A stretch of 64,000 nucleotides of DNA from Cyanophyceae cyanobacterium (GCA_050331735.1 JBHJGN010000016.1:32001-96000), one strand, 5' to 3'; shown: positions 19,241-28,794, counted from the stretch's first letter. Translations and numbers: made by a program. Notes: generated by a model from the letters alone, not told the origin.

Positions 19241-22216
19241 TCACTGAGCATCCATCCAGTTTTGCCCGACGCGCACATCCACAACCAAAGGTACGCTTAG
19301 CTCTACCGCATTCTCCATTGTAGAAACAATCTGAGGCTGCAACCCTTCCCACTCATCGGGGGGAACTTCAAACACCAGTTCATCGTGAACCTGAAGCAAC
19401 AACTGGGCCTGATAGTTTTGTAAAATGGAGTGTAGCTTGACCATCGCAATTTTAATAATATCAGCGCTAGAGCCTTGGATTGGGGCGTTAGCGGCGGCTC
19501 TAAGCAACTGGGCATCGCCGTAGTTCATCTTGATTTGGCTCAGGTTGAGCGCATCCGGGTTGCAGCCGCGCAGCTTCATTAAATTTTTGCTGGCAAAGTT
19601 GAAGTAGCGCCGCCGTCCTAAAATGGTGGTAACGTATCCATGAGCGATCGCCTCTCGCTTCATCTTCTCTAAATACGCAAATACCTCAGCATAGCGGCTG
19701 CGGTACTTTTCAATAAACGCTTTACCTTCTTTCGCGCTCACTCCCGCTTCTCTAGCGAATCGCTGCGCTCCCATGCCGTAGATCACGCCGAAGTTAATAA
19801 TCTTGCCAAGGCGGCGTTCTTGAGAAGTTACGGACTCTTTATCAAAAATTAGCTTCGCCGTCACGCCATGCACGTCACTTCCAGTACGATAGGCTTCTAG
19901 CAGCACTGGCTGCTGAGTGAGGTGAGCCAAAATTCTCAACTCAATTTGGGAATAATCCACCGCAACCAATTGCCATCCTGGCTTAGGAATAAATGCCTGA
20001 CGGATTTTGCGCGAGAACTCAGTCCGAATCGGAATGTTTTGCAGATTGGGATCAGAAGAAGAAAGTCGTCCGGTGGTGGTAACGCTTTGATTAAAGTTGG
20101 TATGTACTCTCCCCGTATCTGAACGAACCAGCGCTGGTAAAGCATCAACGTAGGTAGACTTGAGCTTAGACAGCGTACGATGCTCCAGCACCGTGCTGAC
20201 GATGGCGTGGTCATGCTGGAGCTTTTCTAAAGTCGCGTGATCGGTTGAATATCCTGTTTTTGTCTTTCGCGACTTACTGCGATCGAGTCCAAGTTTTTCA
20301 AACAAAATCTCGCCAAGCTGTTTCGGAGAACCGAGATTAAATTCCTCGCCTGCATACTGATAAGCCTGAGCTTCCAGCCTTTGCAAATCCTGTTCTAGCT
20401 GCTGAGACAGTCTGTGCAGATACTCTGTATCAATGCATACCCCGCGATCTTCCATCGCCGCTAAAACTGGTTCTAGTGGTTGCTCAACCTCCAACAGCAG
20501 CTTGCGGAGTTCCGGTTGTTTCAGTTCAGCGTTGAGGACTGAAACGAGGCAAAAAGTAACATACGCATCTAAGCCACAGTAGTCAGCTACTTTCTGAATT
20601 TCTAAATCGGCAATGGTTTTTCCTTTGGGAATTTTTAGCTCTTTATAACTCAGAGATCTGATTCCCGATAAATATTCCTCGGCTAAATCCTCTAGTTTAT
20701 GACTCTGTTCGGGACGCAGCACGTAGCTAGCCAGCATTGTATCAAACACAACTCCGGCTAGCCTAATTCCCTGATGCCACAAAATCACCCGGTCGAATTT
20801 AGCATTTTGAAAGGCTTTTGGGTAGTTTTCATCTTCTAGTATCGGACGCAGCGCTGATAGAACCTGCTCCTTGGCAAGCTGGTGTCCTTGAGTATGTGCG
20901 GTGGGAATATACGCTACATCAGTTGCCCCCCAACAGCAGCCAATGCCAACTAATTCAGCATCTCGCGGATTTAACGACGTTGTTTCTGTATCCCAAGCAA
21001 CGGGATGATTTTTGTCGGTATGAGTTTTAAGAAGCTCAACTAATTCTGTGAGTTGCTCTGAAGTGTCAATAATTTTTGGAGCAACGGACGATGAGTAAAC
21101 GACGGTTTGTTCGGCTGACTCCGGCTGTTCAGAACTTGAATCAGATCCCGCTGCAAATAATGCCAACTGTCCATCTGGATTAGATGTCGCTGAAGGAAGT
21201 GGTTCTTTCCCTGAAATATTAGCACTATCTTCTACGGGGGCAGATGTACCGCCAAATTTTTCCTGTAGCCGGTCAATTCTCTTGAGGAATGTTTTGAGCT
21301 CTAGCTCTTCTAAAATAGGTTTTAATGCTTCACTGTCAAATCCTTGAAGCTTGCACTCTTCTAAAACAACATCTACGGGAGTATCTAAGTGAATCTGTGC
21401 TAGGTACTGGGAGTGCAAAGCGTCTGCTTTGCCCGTTTCTAGCTTTTTCTGAACGGCTCCGCCAATGTTATCTAAGTTTTGATAGATTGTTGCTAGATCG
21501 CCGTATTCTTGCAGGAGTTTGACGGCGGTTTTATCTCCGATGCCGCGAACCCCGGGAATATTATCAGATTTGTCTCCACACAAGGCTTTATAGTCTACAA
21601 CCTGATGAGGCTTGATTCCAAGCTTTTCCTCAACAGCGATGGGATCCATTTCTATGTAGCCTTCGCTGGAGCGGTTTTTTAAAGCACTGTTGCTCAAGTA
21701 GAGAACTTTAATATTATTCTGGTCAACCAGTTGAAATAAATCGCGATCGCCTGTTAAAATCTTGACTCGATACCCAGCAAGGCTTGCCTTTTGGGCTAGT
21801 GTCCCTAAAACGTCATCGGCTTCGTATCCAGGAGCCGTAATCACTGGTAAGTTGAGAGCCGCCAGCAGCTCTTTGAGATTGTTTAAATCAGGAACAAAAT
21901 CTTCTGGAGTTTCTTTTCTGTCAGCTTTATAGTTCGCATCCGCTTCATGGCGAAAGGTTGGTTCTCCACGGTCAAAGGCAACAGCGACGAACTGAGGCTG
22001 CTGGGACTCCACCACCTGAGTCAAAGAATTAAGAAACCCAAAGCAGATGCTGGTGGGAATCCCCGTCGAAGTTTTGAGCGGACCTTTCCTCGATGTCGCA
22101 AACGCATAATAGGCCCGAAAAGCTAGAGAATGACCGTCTATCAAAACCAATAGCGGTGCTGTCTCTGACTCGGAACCGCCGGAGAAGGAAGGAGAGGAAG
22201 GAGAAAATTCAGACAT
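19241..22216 (-). CDS. polA: DNA polymerase I
   Basis: LIDGHSLAFRAYY 5'-3' exonuclease, DTETT 3'-5' exonuclease, TGRLSSSDPNLQNIP, DYSQIELRILAH, KIINFGVIYGM, LLQVHDELV. Confidence 0.98.
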   Translation of the reverse strand: MSEFSPSSPSFSGGSESETAPLLVLIDGHSLAFRAYYAFATSRKGPLKTSTGIPTSICFGFLNSLTQVVESQQPQFVAVAFDRGEPTFRHEADANYKADRKETPEDFVPDLNNLKELLAALNLPVITAPGYEADDVLGTLAQKASLAGYRVKILTGDRDLFQLVDQNNIKVLYLSNSALKNRSSEGYIEMDPIAVEEKLGIKPHQVVDYKALCGDKSDNIPGVRGIGDKTAVKLLQEYGDLATIYQNLDNIGGAVQKKLETGKADALHSQYLAQIHLDTPVDVVLEECKLQGFDSEALKPILEELELKTFLKRIDRLQEKFGGTSAPVEDSANISGKEPLPSATSNPDGQLALFAAGSDSSSEQPESAEQTVVYSSSVAPKIIDTSEQLTELVELLKTHTDKNHPVAWDTETTSLNPRDAELVGIGCCWGATDVAYIPTAHTQGHQLAKEQVLSALRPILEDENYPKAFQNAKFDRVILWHQGIRLAGVVFDTMLASYVLRPEQSHKLEDLAEEYLSGIRSLSYKELKIPKGKTIADLEIQKVADYCGLDAYVTFCLVSVLNAELKQPELRKLLLEVEQPLEPVLAAMEDRGVCIDTEYLHRLSQQLEQDLQRLEAQAYQYAGEEFNLGSPKQLGEILFEKLGLDRSKSRKTKTGYSTDHATLEKLQHDHAIVSTVLEHRTLSKLKSTYVDALPALVRSDTGRVHTNFNQSVTTTGRLSSSDPNLQNIPIRTEFSRKIRQAFIPKPGWQLVAVDYSQIELRILAHLTQQPVLLEAYRTGSDVHGVTAKLIFDKESVTSQERRLGKIINFGVIYGMGAQRFAREAGVSAKEGKAFIEKYRSRYAEVFAYLEKMKREAIAHGYVTTILGRRRYFNFASKNLMKLRGCNPDALNLSQIKMNYGDAQLLRAAANAPIQGSSADIIKIAMVKLHSILQNYQAQLLLQVHDELVFEVPPDEWEGLQPQIVSTMENAVELSVPLVVDVRVGQNWMDAQ

Positions 22217-22319
22217 ACATCTATTTTAGCGAGAGACTTTGGCCACCAAGGAACCCAGAAGGGTGCTGCGACCATAAACTTGTTTTGGTCGTAGGGAAAT
22301 TCTGGGGCAGTAGTGAGAG

Positions 22320-22718
22320 CTAAGCACTATCTTGATTTTTGATATAGTCTTTAATTTTCTCTAAGGTAGCACCGCCGCAGGAGTTGACGGCATAACCCAG
22401 CGACCAAAGAACGGGCTTGCGATAAAACCCCGACAAATAATCGCTAAACTCCTTGCGAACCAGGCGAGAAGAAACCGTTTTAAGGTTGTTGACCAACTTG
22501 CTAGGAGCGACTTTTGGGTTAACGTCGAGCAGGACGTGCAGATGGTCAGCCTCCGTATTGAACTCCAAAACCGAGCAATCCCATTTAGAACAAGTATCGT
22601 GGAAGATTTGTTCTAGCCGTTCATGGATAGCTCGGTTAATCACTTTATAACGATATTTTGTCACTATAACTAAGTGTAGTTTCAAGCTGTAAACAGCTCC
22701 GCTCGTTGACTTGTGCAT
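22320..22718 (-). CDS. tnpA: IS200/IS605 Y1 (HUH) transposase TnpA
   Basis: LHLVIVTKYR, DHLHVL (HUH), LVNNLKTVSSR, LWSLGY, YIKNQ (catalytic Tyr). ATG at 22718 preferred. Confidence 0.93.
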   Translation of the reverse strand: MHKSTSGAVYSLKLHLVIVTKYRYKVINRAIHERLEQIFHDTCSKWDCSVLEFNTEADHLHVLLDVNPKVAPSKLVNNLKTVSSRLVRKEFSDYLSGFYRKPVLWSLGYAVNSCGGATLEKIKDYIKNQDSA

Positions 22719-22745
22719 TATTGGACTAAGTGATACAATCTGTTC
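22711..22745 (+). promoter_or_regulatory. Putative sigma70-type promoter giving a leaderless tnpB mRNA
   Basis: TTGTGC-17 nt-TACAAT with an extended TGn; the tnpB ATG starts 6 nt after the -10 box; no SD. Confidence 0.45.
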
Positions 22746-24125
22746 ATGATACTCGCGCACGTCTACAAGCTCAAGCCCTCGCCCTCCCAATCGGCACTAA
22801 TGCACGACTGGCTGAACATGCTGCGGGCGCACTACAACTTCTCCTTGCGAGACCGTATTGAAGCCTATGAACAGGCAAGAAGTCCTGTGCTAGGTAACTA
22901 CTCTCGACTGGACAACCAGGGGAGGACGCGACACCGGAACTTGGTTCCGGTGCGCGAGTCGTCCGTGGTGTGCTGCCCATTGACTTGCTCAGTTAACAAA
23001 ACAGCAACAGTGGGCTATCCTTGGACAAAAGTGGGGAAGAGGCGCTCTGCGGGGATGCAGCAGGACGCTTACCTACCGGAGATGAAGTCAGCTAGACCTT
23101 GGTATAAGCGAATTAACTCTGACGTTCTGCAAACGAACCTGCGGCGGCTCAACGATGCCTTTAACCGTTTCTTTGACGGACTAGAAAAGTATCCCCAGTT
23201 CAAGACTCGCAGTAAGTTTCGCTCTTTTAGCTACAAGCCCAAGCAGGTCAAGATGGAAGGGAATCGAGTTTATCTGCCAGGGTTGGGCTGGATGCGCTTT
23301 TACCTATCTCGTCCTCTGCCAGAGGGGTTTGAAATTAGAACGGTAACGGTAAGGCGCAAGAGTGACGGCTGGCATATGTCGGTGCGGCTAGAGAACGAGG
23401 ATGTTCCTAGCCTGATGCCAAAAGAAACCAGCCAAATTGGTTCAGCCATAGCAGTAGACTTGGGCATTAGGAAGCTAGCGGCGTTGAGCAACGGGGAGTT
23501 GGTTGAAAATCCTAGATTTTCCAAGCGAGTCGAGCGCCGAAAACGGATTAGGCAAAAAGCCGCTGCCAGGAAGATCAAAGGGTCGAAGAATCGCGCCTCG
23601 GCGTATCGATATTTGGCGAAGCTAGACCAGAAAGTAGCTAGAGGGCGAGCCGACTATCACTGGAAGCTAGCTAACCAGTTAGCCCGTGCTGGAGATGCCA
23701 TTATTTTTGAGGCACTCAACATCCGAGGCATGATGGCAAGGTGCAAGCCGAAGCAGTGTCCAGAAACTGGGAAGTATCTTAAGAACGGGCAGGCGGCTAA
23801 GCGCGGTCTCAATCGCGTTATTGCTGATGCTGGCTGGGGAGAGCTAAAGCTAAAGACGAAAGCCGTAGCTGCGAAGCTAGGCTTGATCGTCTGCGAAGTT
23901 GACCCCAAGTTCAGCTCTCAAGAGTGTAGTGAATGCGGCTATATCTCTCCGGTTAATCGAGACAAGGAGAAGTTTCTGTGCGAGGCTTGCGGGTACTTCT
24001 GCGACGCAGATACTCAGGCTTCGCATAATTTGCTCCAAAGAGGACTAAAATCTCTGGGAATTAGTCCAGCCCAGCTACGGGGAGTCCCCTCGAAAGTTAC
24101 ACCTAGGAGTTCTGCTCAGCCGTGA
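22746..24125 (+). CDS. tnpB: RNA-guided endonuclease TnpB
   Basis: N-terminal HTH (YKLKPS), RuvC-I AVDLG, RuvC-II IFEALN, CSECG/CEACG zinc finger, RuvC-III DADTQASHN; all three catalytic acidic residues present. Confidence 0.95.
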   Translation: MILAHVYKLKPSPSQSALMHDWLNMLRAHYNFSLRDRIEAYEQARSPVLGNYSRLDNQGRTRHRNLVPVRESSVVCCPLTCSVNKTATVGYPWTKVGKRRSAGMQQDAYLPEMKSARPWYKRINSDVLQTNLRRLNDAFNRFFDGLEKYPQFKTRSKFRSFSYKPKQVKMEGNRVYLPGLGWMRFYLSRPLPEGFEIRTVTVRRKSDGWHMSVRLENEDVPSLMPKETSQIGSAIAVDLGIRKLAALSNGELVENPRFSKRVERRKRIRQKAAARKIKGSKNRASAYRYLAKLDQKVARGRADYHWKLANQLARAGDAIIFEALNIRGMMARCKPKQCPETGKYLKNGQAAKRGLNRVIADAGWGELKLKTKAVAAKLGLIVCEVDPKFSSQECSECGYISPVNRDKEKFLCEACGYFCDADTQASHNLLQRGLKSLGISPAQLRGVPSKVTPRSSAQP

Positions 24126-24341
24126 AATGCGGTCGCCCATCTGAATGCGGGACGCTGCATTCCGCAGTTCCCGCATGAGGAGCGACAGAAAACATCATCG
24201 GGGTTGCTCGATGAGCCTAGGAACCCTCGGCAGCTCAGTCTGTTCGAGTGGAGGAATGGTCAAGTAATTGGCTGTTCAGATTCTGCGACTGTAGCTTTAG
24301 CTCAATCGTAGAGTATGTCAAAAGGACAAATGAGACAACCG
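24100..24341 (+). ncRNA. Predicted TnpB omega-RNA (reRNA): right-end scaffold plus about 20 nt of flanking guide; 5' boundary approximate
   Basis: Multiple stems (TTCTG/CAGAA, GTCGC/GCGAC, ATGCGGGA/TCCCGCAT, CATCG/CGATG, RE hairpin). Position matches the known reRNA location at the tnpB 3' end and right end. Confidence 0.6.
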
Positions 24342-24782
24342 CCCCATCTGTTCAGAGACTTTGTTGAGCTTATTCGCCAACCTTTACTGTCTTTTAATAA
24401 GTGTAAAGTCCTGTAAATATCAGGAGCCATGTTTTAAAGAAGGCCTTATCTTAATAAATAAGCACAGAGGCAAGCAAAGCTTAAAGGAAACAGAGATTAG
24501 AACTTGTGCTTCCCGTTCTCAATCTCACCGGCAACTCCTAGAGCTAGCGTCAATTTTAGATAGTTCTGCTTCTAATCTGCTAAGAGATTAATGCTAACAG
24601 ATTAGTCAAAGTAGCCGCTATAAGTATCGCCTGAATCGGTGTTGTGATGCTAGCGAATTAAGAAGCTCTGTTGGTACGTCCACTCTAGTAATAACATTCT
24701 TCCTGTTTAGTTAGGAGTCCAAATCGCTTTTACGTCTTGTACACCCGATCGCCCGCCCTCCCTTGAAGGCGGGCAAATTGTT

Positions 24783-25415
24783 TTAAAGACAAAAGCTCTG
24801 GATTTGCTGCCAAATCGTCGGCAATGTACTGGTTAACGTGTGATCGCTCTTCAGCTCAATTAATTCTACCCAAGGACGCTGACTAGCATAGTCTCGACTC
24901 GCCTGCACTGGAATTACTTCATCCGAGCGTCCGTGAAGAATTAGCGTTGGCACAGGGCGCTGTAGCTGAAGTTCTGGGTACTGCTGGATATCAGGAACGA
25001 ACTGATAGTGAAGCGGGAGACAGCGCCCCTCGCCGTAGTGATAGATTGATAAATACCCAGTTTCCTGCCATTGCTGAAGCCGACCTCCGAGTTGAGGCAA
25101 CCAGTATTCCAGAAAGCTAAAAGCCGGGGCAAGAAGGACCAGTCGCTGTACCTGCTGATGCTGCTGCCCCAACCACGCTGCCGTTAAGCCCCCAAAACTA
25201 GAGCCAATAAGGGTGATTGGGGTAGACGCTGGAAATGCTGCTGCCGCCTGCTGCAATTGCCGGGTTAGCGTCAGATGCGAAAAATCCTCCTGATTCAGGT
25301 CGAGAATCTGAAGGTCAATGTGGCGTTGCCAAAAGCGATCGCGCAAGTACTGAGCCTTTGTTGACCGGGGACCAGAAGCAAAGCCGTGGAGGTAGATGTA
25401 GGCAGGTTGAACCAC
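24783..25415 (-). CDS. YqiA/YcfP-family alpha/beta esterase (UPF0227)
   Basis: YLHGFASGP, GSSFGG nucleophile elbow, HGRSDEVIP, SDH. Confidence 0.85.
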   Translation of the reverse strand: MVQPAYIYLHGFASGPRSTKAQYLRDRFWQRHIDLQILDLNQEDFSHLTLTRQLQQAAAAFPASTPITLIGSSFGGLTAAWLGQQHQQVQRLVLLAPAFSFLEYWLPQLGGRLQQWQETGYLSIYHYGEGRCLPLHYQFVPDIQQYPELQLQRPVPTLILHGRSDEVIPVQASRDYASQRPWVELIELKSDHTLTSTLPTIWQQIQSFCL

Positions 25416-25553
25416 AATTTTATCAACGCTCTTAGCTCTTAGTTTCTAAGTTTTATACTAATCAGTTAGCGAATAGCTAAGGGCTAATCGCTATTCACTA
25501 GCTTGAAAGCCAAAAAGTGCTTAACTAAACTAGGGGAATGTGAGGAACTGCTT

Positions 25554-25841
25554 ATGCGCTGTGCTATTTCCAGTCGGGCTGGACAAATTCTTGCTAGAGG
25601 TCGGCTTGTTGTTCGTTCAGAAGAGGATGGATTAAGACTCTATTTTATGAGCGATCGCGGCACGACGATCGAGGGAGGACTGGCTGATGCTGATGGAGAT
25701 TTAACTTCCGCAGGAGAAGTGCTGTTTGCAAAGCTGTTTGAAACCTGGGGGATGACAGATTTAACCCTGACGGCGATCGCCACAAGCGCCGAGGAAAAGC
25801 AAAAGCTACTGCGAGCTAAAGATGAAATTGAACTTCTCTAA
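25554..25841 (+). CDS. Hypothetical protein
   Basis: Open frame from ATG 25554 (MRCAISSRAGQILARG) after a GAGG-like RBS; no recognisable motif. Confidence 0.55.
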   Translation: MRCAISSRAGQILARGRLVVRSEEDGLRLYFMSDRGTTIEGGLADADGDLTSAGEVLFAKLFETWGMTDLTLTAIATSAEEKQKLLRAKDEIELL

Positions 25842-26044
25842 GAAGAGCCTGTGGAGGTCAGAATTGTGACGACAACGGATCCGGTTCTAAATCTCAGCGA
25901 GATTCTCAACAGAACGAGGTCAAATCCTGTATAGTGCCTAGTTAGCAGCTTGTAGTATGTTCGAGCAGCGATCGCTCCTGATGGAAAATATTCCGCTTCG
26001 GGAGACATAATTGTTCAGTTTTGCATTTTGAACTTTGAATTGAC

Positions 26045-27241
26045 ATGGTTCCGTTCAGCTTGTGCATGATTGTCAAAAACGAAGAGGCAGCTCTACCACA
26101 GTGTTTAGAAAGCGTTCAGAATGTCGTTGACGAGATGGTGGTGCTGGATACTGGCTCTACCGATCAAACCATAGCAGTTGCCCAAAGCTTCGGGGCTAGG
26201 GTCCACACCTTTGAGTGGGACGGTAGTTTCGCTTCGGCACGGAATCAGGCACTTCAGCACGTGCAGGGAGACTGGGTGTTGGTGCTGGATGCCGATGAGG
26301 TTCTCAGACCAGAAGTGGTGCCGCTGATGCAGCAGGCAATGGCAGTGGAAAACAATTTAGTGATTAATCTATTACGACAGGAAATTGGAGCCGTACAGTC
26401 ACCCTATTCTTCGGTGTCTCGCCTATTTCGCCGTCACCCGCAGATTTACTTTTCCCGCCCCTACCACGCCATGATAGATGACAGTGTGGCACAGCTTTGG
26501 CAGCAAGAACCTCACTGGCAAATCGTTGAGCTATCAACCGTAGCCATTTTGCACTACGGCTATCAGCCAGGAGTCATTACCGCTCAAGATAAGTACGCGA
26601 AAGCCAGACAAGCTATGGAAGGGTTTCTGGCGACTCACCCAGACGATCCCTATACCTGTAGTAAGCTGGGAGGACTTTACTTGCAAATGGGTCAAGTTGA
26701 GGAAGCGATCGCTCTCCTGACGCGAGGACTAACCGCCCAGGGAGATGCTCCTGTGCTGTTTGAGCTTCACTATCACCTTGGTAATGCCTATCGTACCCAA
26801 GATTCCAATCAAGCCGTTCAGCACTACCAGCGGGCGATCGCCCAGCCGATTCTGCCGAGATTAAAGCTCGGAGCCTACAATAATCTCGGTGCGTTGCTCC
26901 AGGCAGCCGGCGAAGGCCAAGCTGCCCAGAAAATTTATCAAATGGCGTTAGCAATTGACCCCAGTTTTGCCGTTGGATACTACAACTTGGGGATGACCCT
27001 TAAGGCCCAGGGACGTTATTCAGAAGCGATTACCGCTTATCGGCAAGCCATTCGCCTCGAACCTCACTACGGGTTTGCCTACCAAAATTTAGGAGTCGCT
27101 TTGTTTAAACTGGGTCAGCTTCCGGAAAGTCAGGAGGCCTTCACCACCGCTATCCGTCTTCACGAAGCGCAAAATCCCCCAGAGGCGCAGAGACTCCGCC
27201 AAGGATTGCAGGCGCTCGGCCTGAGTCCTGCTACTTGGTGA
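26045..27241 (+). CDS. Family 2 glycosyltransferase with TPR repeats
   Basis: SLCMIVKNEE, DTGSTD, FASARN, LDADE, ILHYGY; C-terminal TPRs (AYNNLG, GYYNLG, AYQNLG). Confidence 0.9.
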   Translation: MVPFSLCMIVKNEEAALPQCLESVQNVVDEMVVLDTGSTDQTIAVAQSFGARVHTFEWDGSFASARNQALQHVQGDWVLVLDADEVLRPEVVPLMQQAMAVENNLVINLLRQEIGAVQSPYSSVSRLFRRHPQIYFSRPYHAMIDDSVAQLWQQEPHWQIVELSTVAILHYGYQPGVITAQDKYAKARQAMEGFLATHPDDPYTCSKLGGLYLQMGQVEEAIALLTRGLTAQGDAPVLFELHYHLGNAYRTQDSNQAVQHYQRAIAQPILPRLKLGAYNNLGALLQAAGEGQAAQKIYQMALAIDPSFAVGYYNLGMTLKAQGRYSEAITAYRQAIRLEPHYGFAYQNLGVALFKLGQLPESQEAFTTAIRLHEAQNPPEAQRLRQGLQALGLSPATW

Positions 27242-27351
27242 CAGCAAGGACTAACAGCCCTCTTCCTTGCTTCTCTGTGTTCTAGAATAGGCTATCATTC
27301 CCTCTCTCGATCTCTTGTCAGGAACACTTCACAAGCTGGACACTTCCACCG

Positions 27352-28794
27352 ATGCTCAAGCAACTTCTCCCCATCGATCGCCTTGCTCTCTCCTTAATGC
27401 TCGTCTTGAGTGTGATGATTGGAGTATTAGTGTGGGGAGGAGAAGCGTGCGGCACAAACTGCTTGTTCCGTTTTGGATCTCCCATTCAATTTAGCTGGCA
27501 AAATCAAGAGATTAGCGCAGAGGATCAGGCATTTATTTTAACCTTTGAGCGCCCAGTCGATCGAGAAAGCGTTGAGCAAAATTTAGCGCTTGAGCCAGTA
27601 CTCCCCGGCAAGATTAGCTGGGCCGGGAAAAGACTAGCCTACACCTTAGAAACCCCGGCTCCTTACGGCGAATCCTACCGAGTCTTTTTGCAGGGAGTCA
27701 AGGTAGCCGCTAATGAGGAAACACTGCCGCCCTTTGAAGGACAGTTTAGTACCCGCGATCGCGCTTTTGCCTATATCGGGAGCGAAGCAGAAGAACAGGG
27801 ACGATTAATCTTCTTTAACCTCACCAGAAAAGCGAAAACGATTTTAACGCCTGCCGATTTAGTGGTCAGCGATTTCCAGTTCTATTCCCAAGGAAACAAA
27901 ATTCTGTTCTCTGCTGCTCCATCTGATGCTAGCAATACGCTCCAGTCTTTGCGACTGTATACCGTTTCAATGAATGAACAGCCCCAGATAGAGTTACTGC
28001 TAGACAATCAACACTATCAAAATCATCAGTTTGAGATTACCCCGGATGGTCAATCCGTTGTGGTTCAGCGGGTCAATCAACAAAATCCAGCAGATTTTGG
28101 GTTGTGGCTGATTACCCCCGACCGAGAGCCCCGTCCGCTTAACATCTCTGGGGGAGAATTTTTAATTGCGCCGGACGGTCAAACTCTGGCTGTCGCTCAA
28201 GGAGAAGGCATCGGCTTGTTCCCCCTAGAGCCAGGGGCAGAACCGCTCAATTTTCTACCGCAGTTTGGTAAAGTTCTTAACTTTTCTCCCGATGGTTCTG
28301 CTGCCGCCATGGTAAATTTCAACACCAACGATCCGCAGCGTCGCTATACGCGATCGCTCTACTACGTCACTAATCAAGGGGAACAGAAAGAGCTGCTCAA
28401 TATTAAAGGTTCTATTGTCGATTGTCAGTTCGCACCGACCTCCACTGCTCTATACTGTCTGCTGACTGAGCTACTAGAGAAAGAGGAATACCAAGAGCAA
28501 CCTTATTTTGCCAAAATCGATCTCCAAACCGCCACCATTCAGCCAGTGTTCACTCTCCCCGATTACCAAGACATCGAGGTTAGTTTAGCTCCCGATGGTT
28601 TAGGCTTGCTGTTCGATCAGATAGTGACCGCAGACATCCCCATGACTGATGCCCCCATTGCTGATTCTGGTGAAGCGATTGTGAGTAGTCGTCTGTGGAT
28701 GCTGATTCTTCCTGCCGCGCATCTATCTGAGAATAGTCAACCCCAACTAGAGCCCCTACCGCTAGCAGGCATTCGTCCCCAGTGGATGCCCTGA
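27352..28794 (+). CDS. Membrane-anchored protein with Ig-like domain and TolB-like beta-propeller repeats
   Basis: N-terminal TM helix, LTFERPVDRESVEQNL..GKISWAG, repeated xPDG turns. Confidence 0.6.
   Translation: MLKQLLPIDRLALSLMLVLSVMIGVLVWGGEACGTNCLFRFGSPIQFSWQNQEISAEDQAFILTFERPVDRESVEQNLALEPVLPGKISWAGKRLAYTLETPAPYGESYRVFLQGVKVAANEETLPPFEGQFSTRDRAFAYIGSEAEEQGRLIFFNLTRKAKTILTPADLVVSDFQFYSQGNKILFSAAPSDASNTLQSLRLYTVSMNEQPQIELLLDNQHYQNHQFEITPDGQSVVVQRVNQQNPADFGLWLITPDREPRPLNISGGEFLIAPDGQTLAVAQGEGIGLFPLEPGAEPLNFLPQFGKVLNFSPDGSAAAMVNFNTNDPQRRYTRSLYYVTNQGEQKELLNIKGSIVDCQFAPTSTALYCLLTELLEKEEYQEQPYFAKIDLQTATIQPVFTLPDYQDIEVSLAPDGLGLLFDQIVTADIPMTDAPIADSGEAIVSSRLWMLILPAAHLSENSQPQLEPLPLAGIRPQWMP

Larger units (their letters stand above)
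22247..24321 (+). mobile_element. IS200/IS605-family element (IS605 group, divergent tnpA and tnpB) with both subterminal hairpins
   Basis: Left hairpin CTGCGACCA..TGGTCGTAG preceded by GGTG. Right hairpin CTGCGACTG..CAATCGTAG preceded by GATT and ending GAGTATGTCAA. CCAC lies immediately left of 22247. Confidence 0.85.

Noticed and set aside
22247..24321. IStron (group I intron-IS605 chimera)
   Set aside because: Only about 70 nt between the left end and tnpA, no group I core visible, and the insertion is intergenic
24361..24591. 76-aa ORF right of the IS
   Set aside because: TTG start, no motif; more likely the displaced polA upstream region
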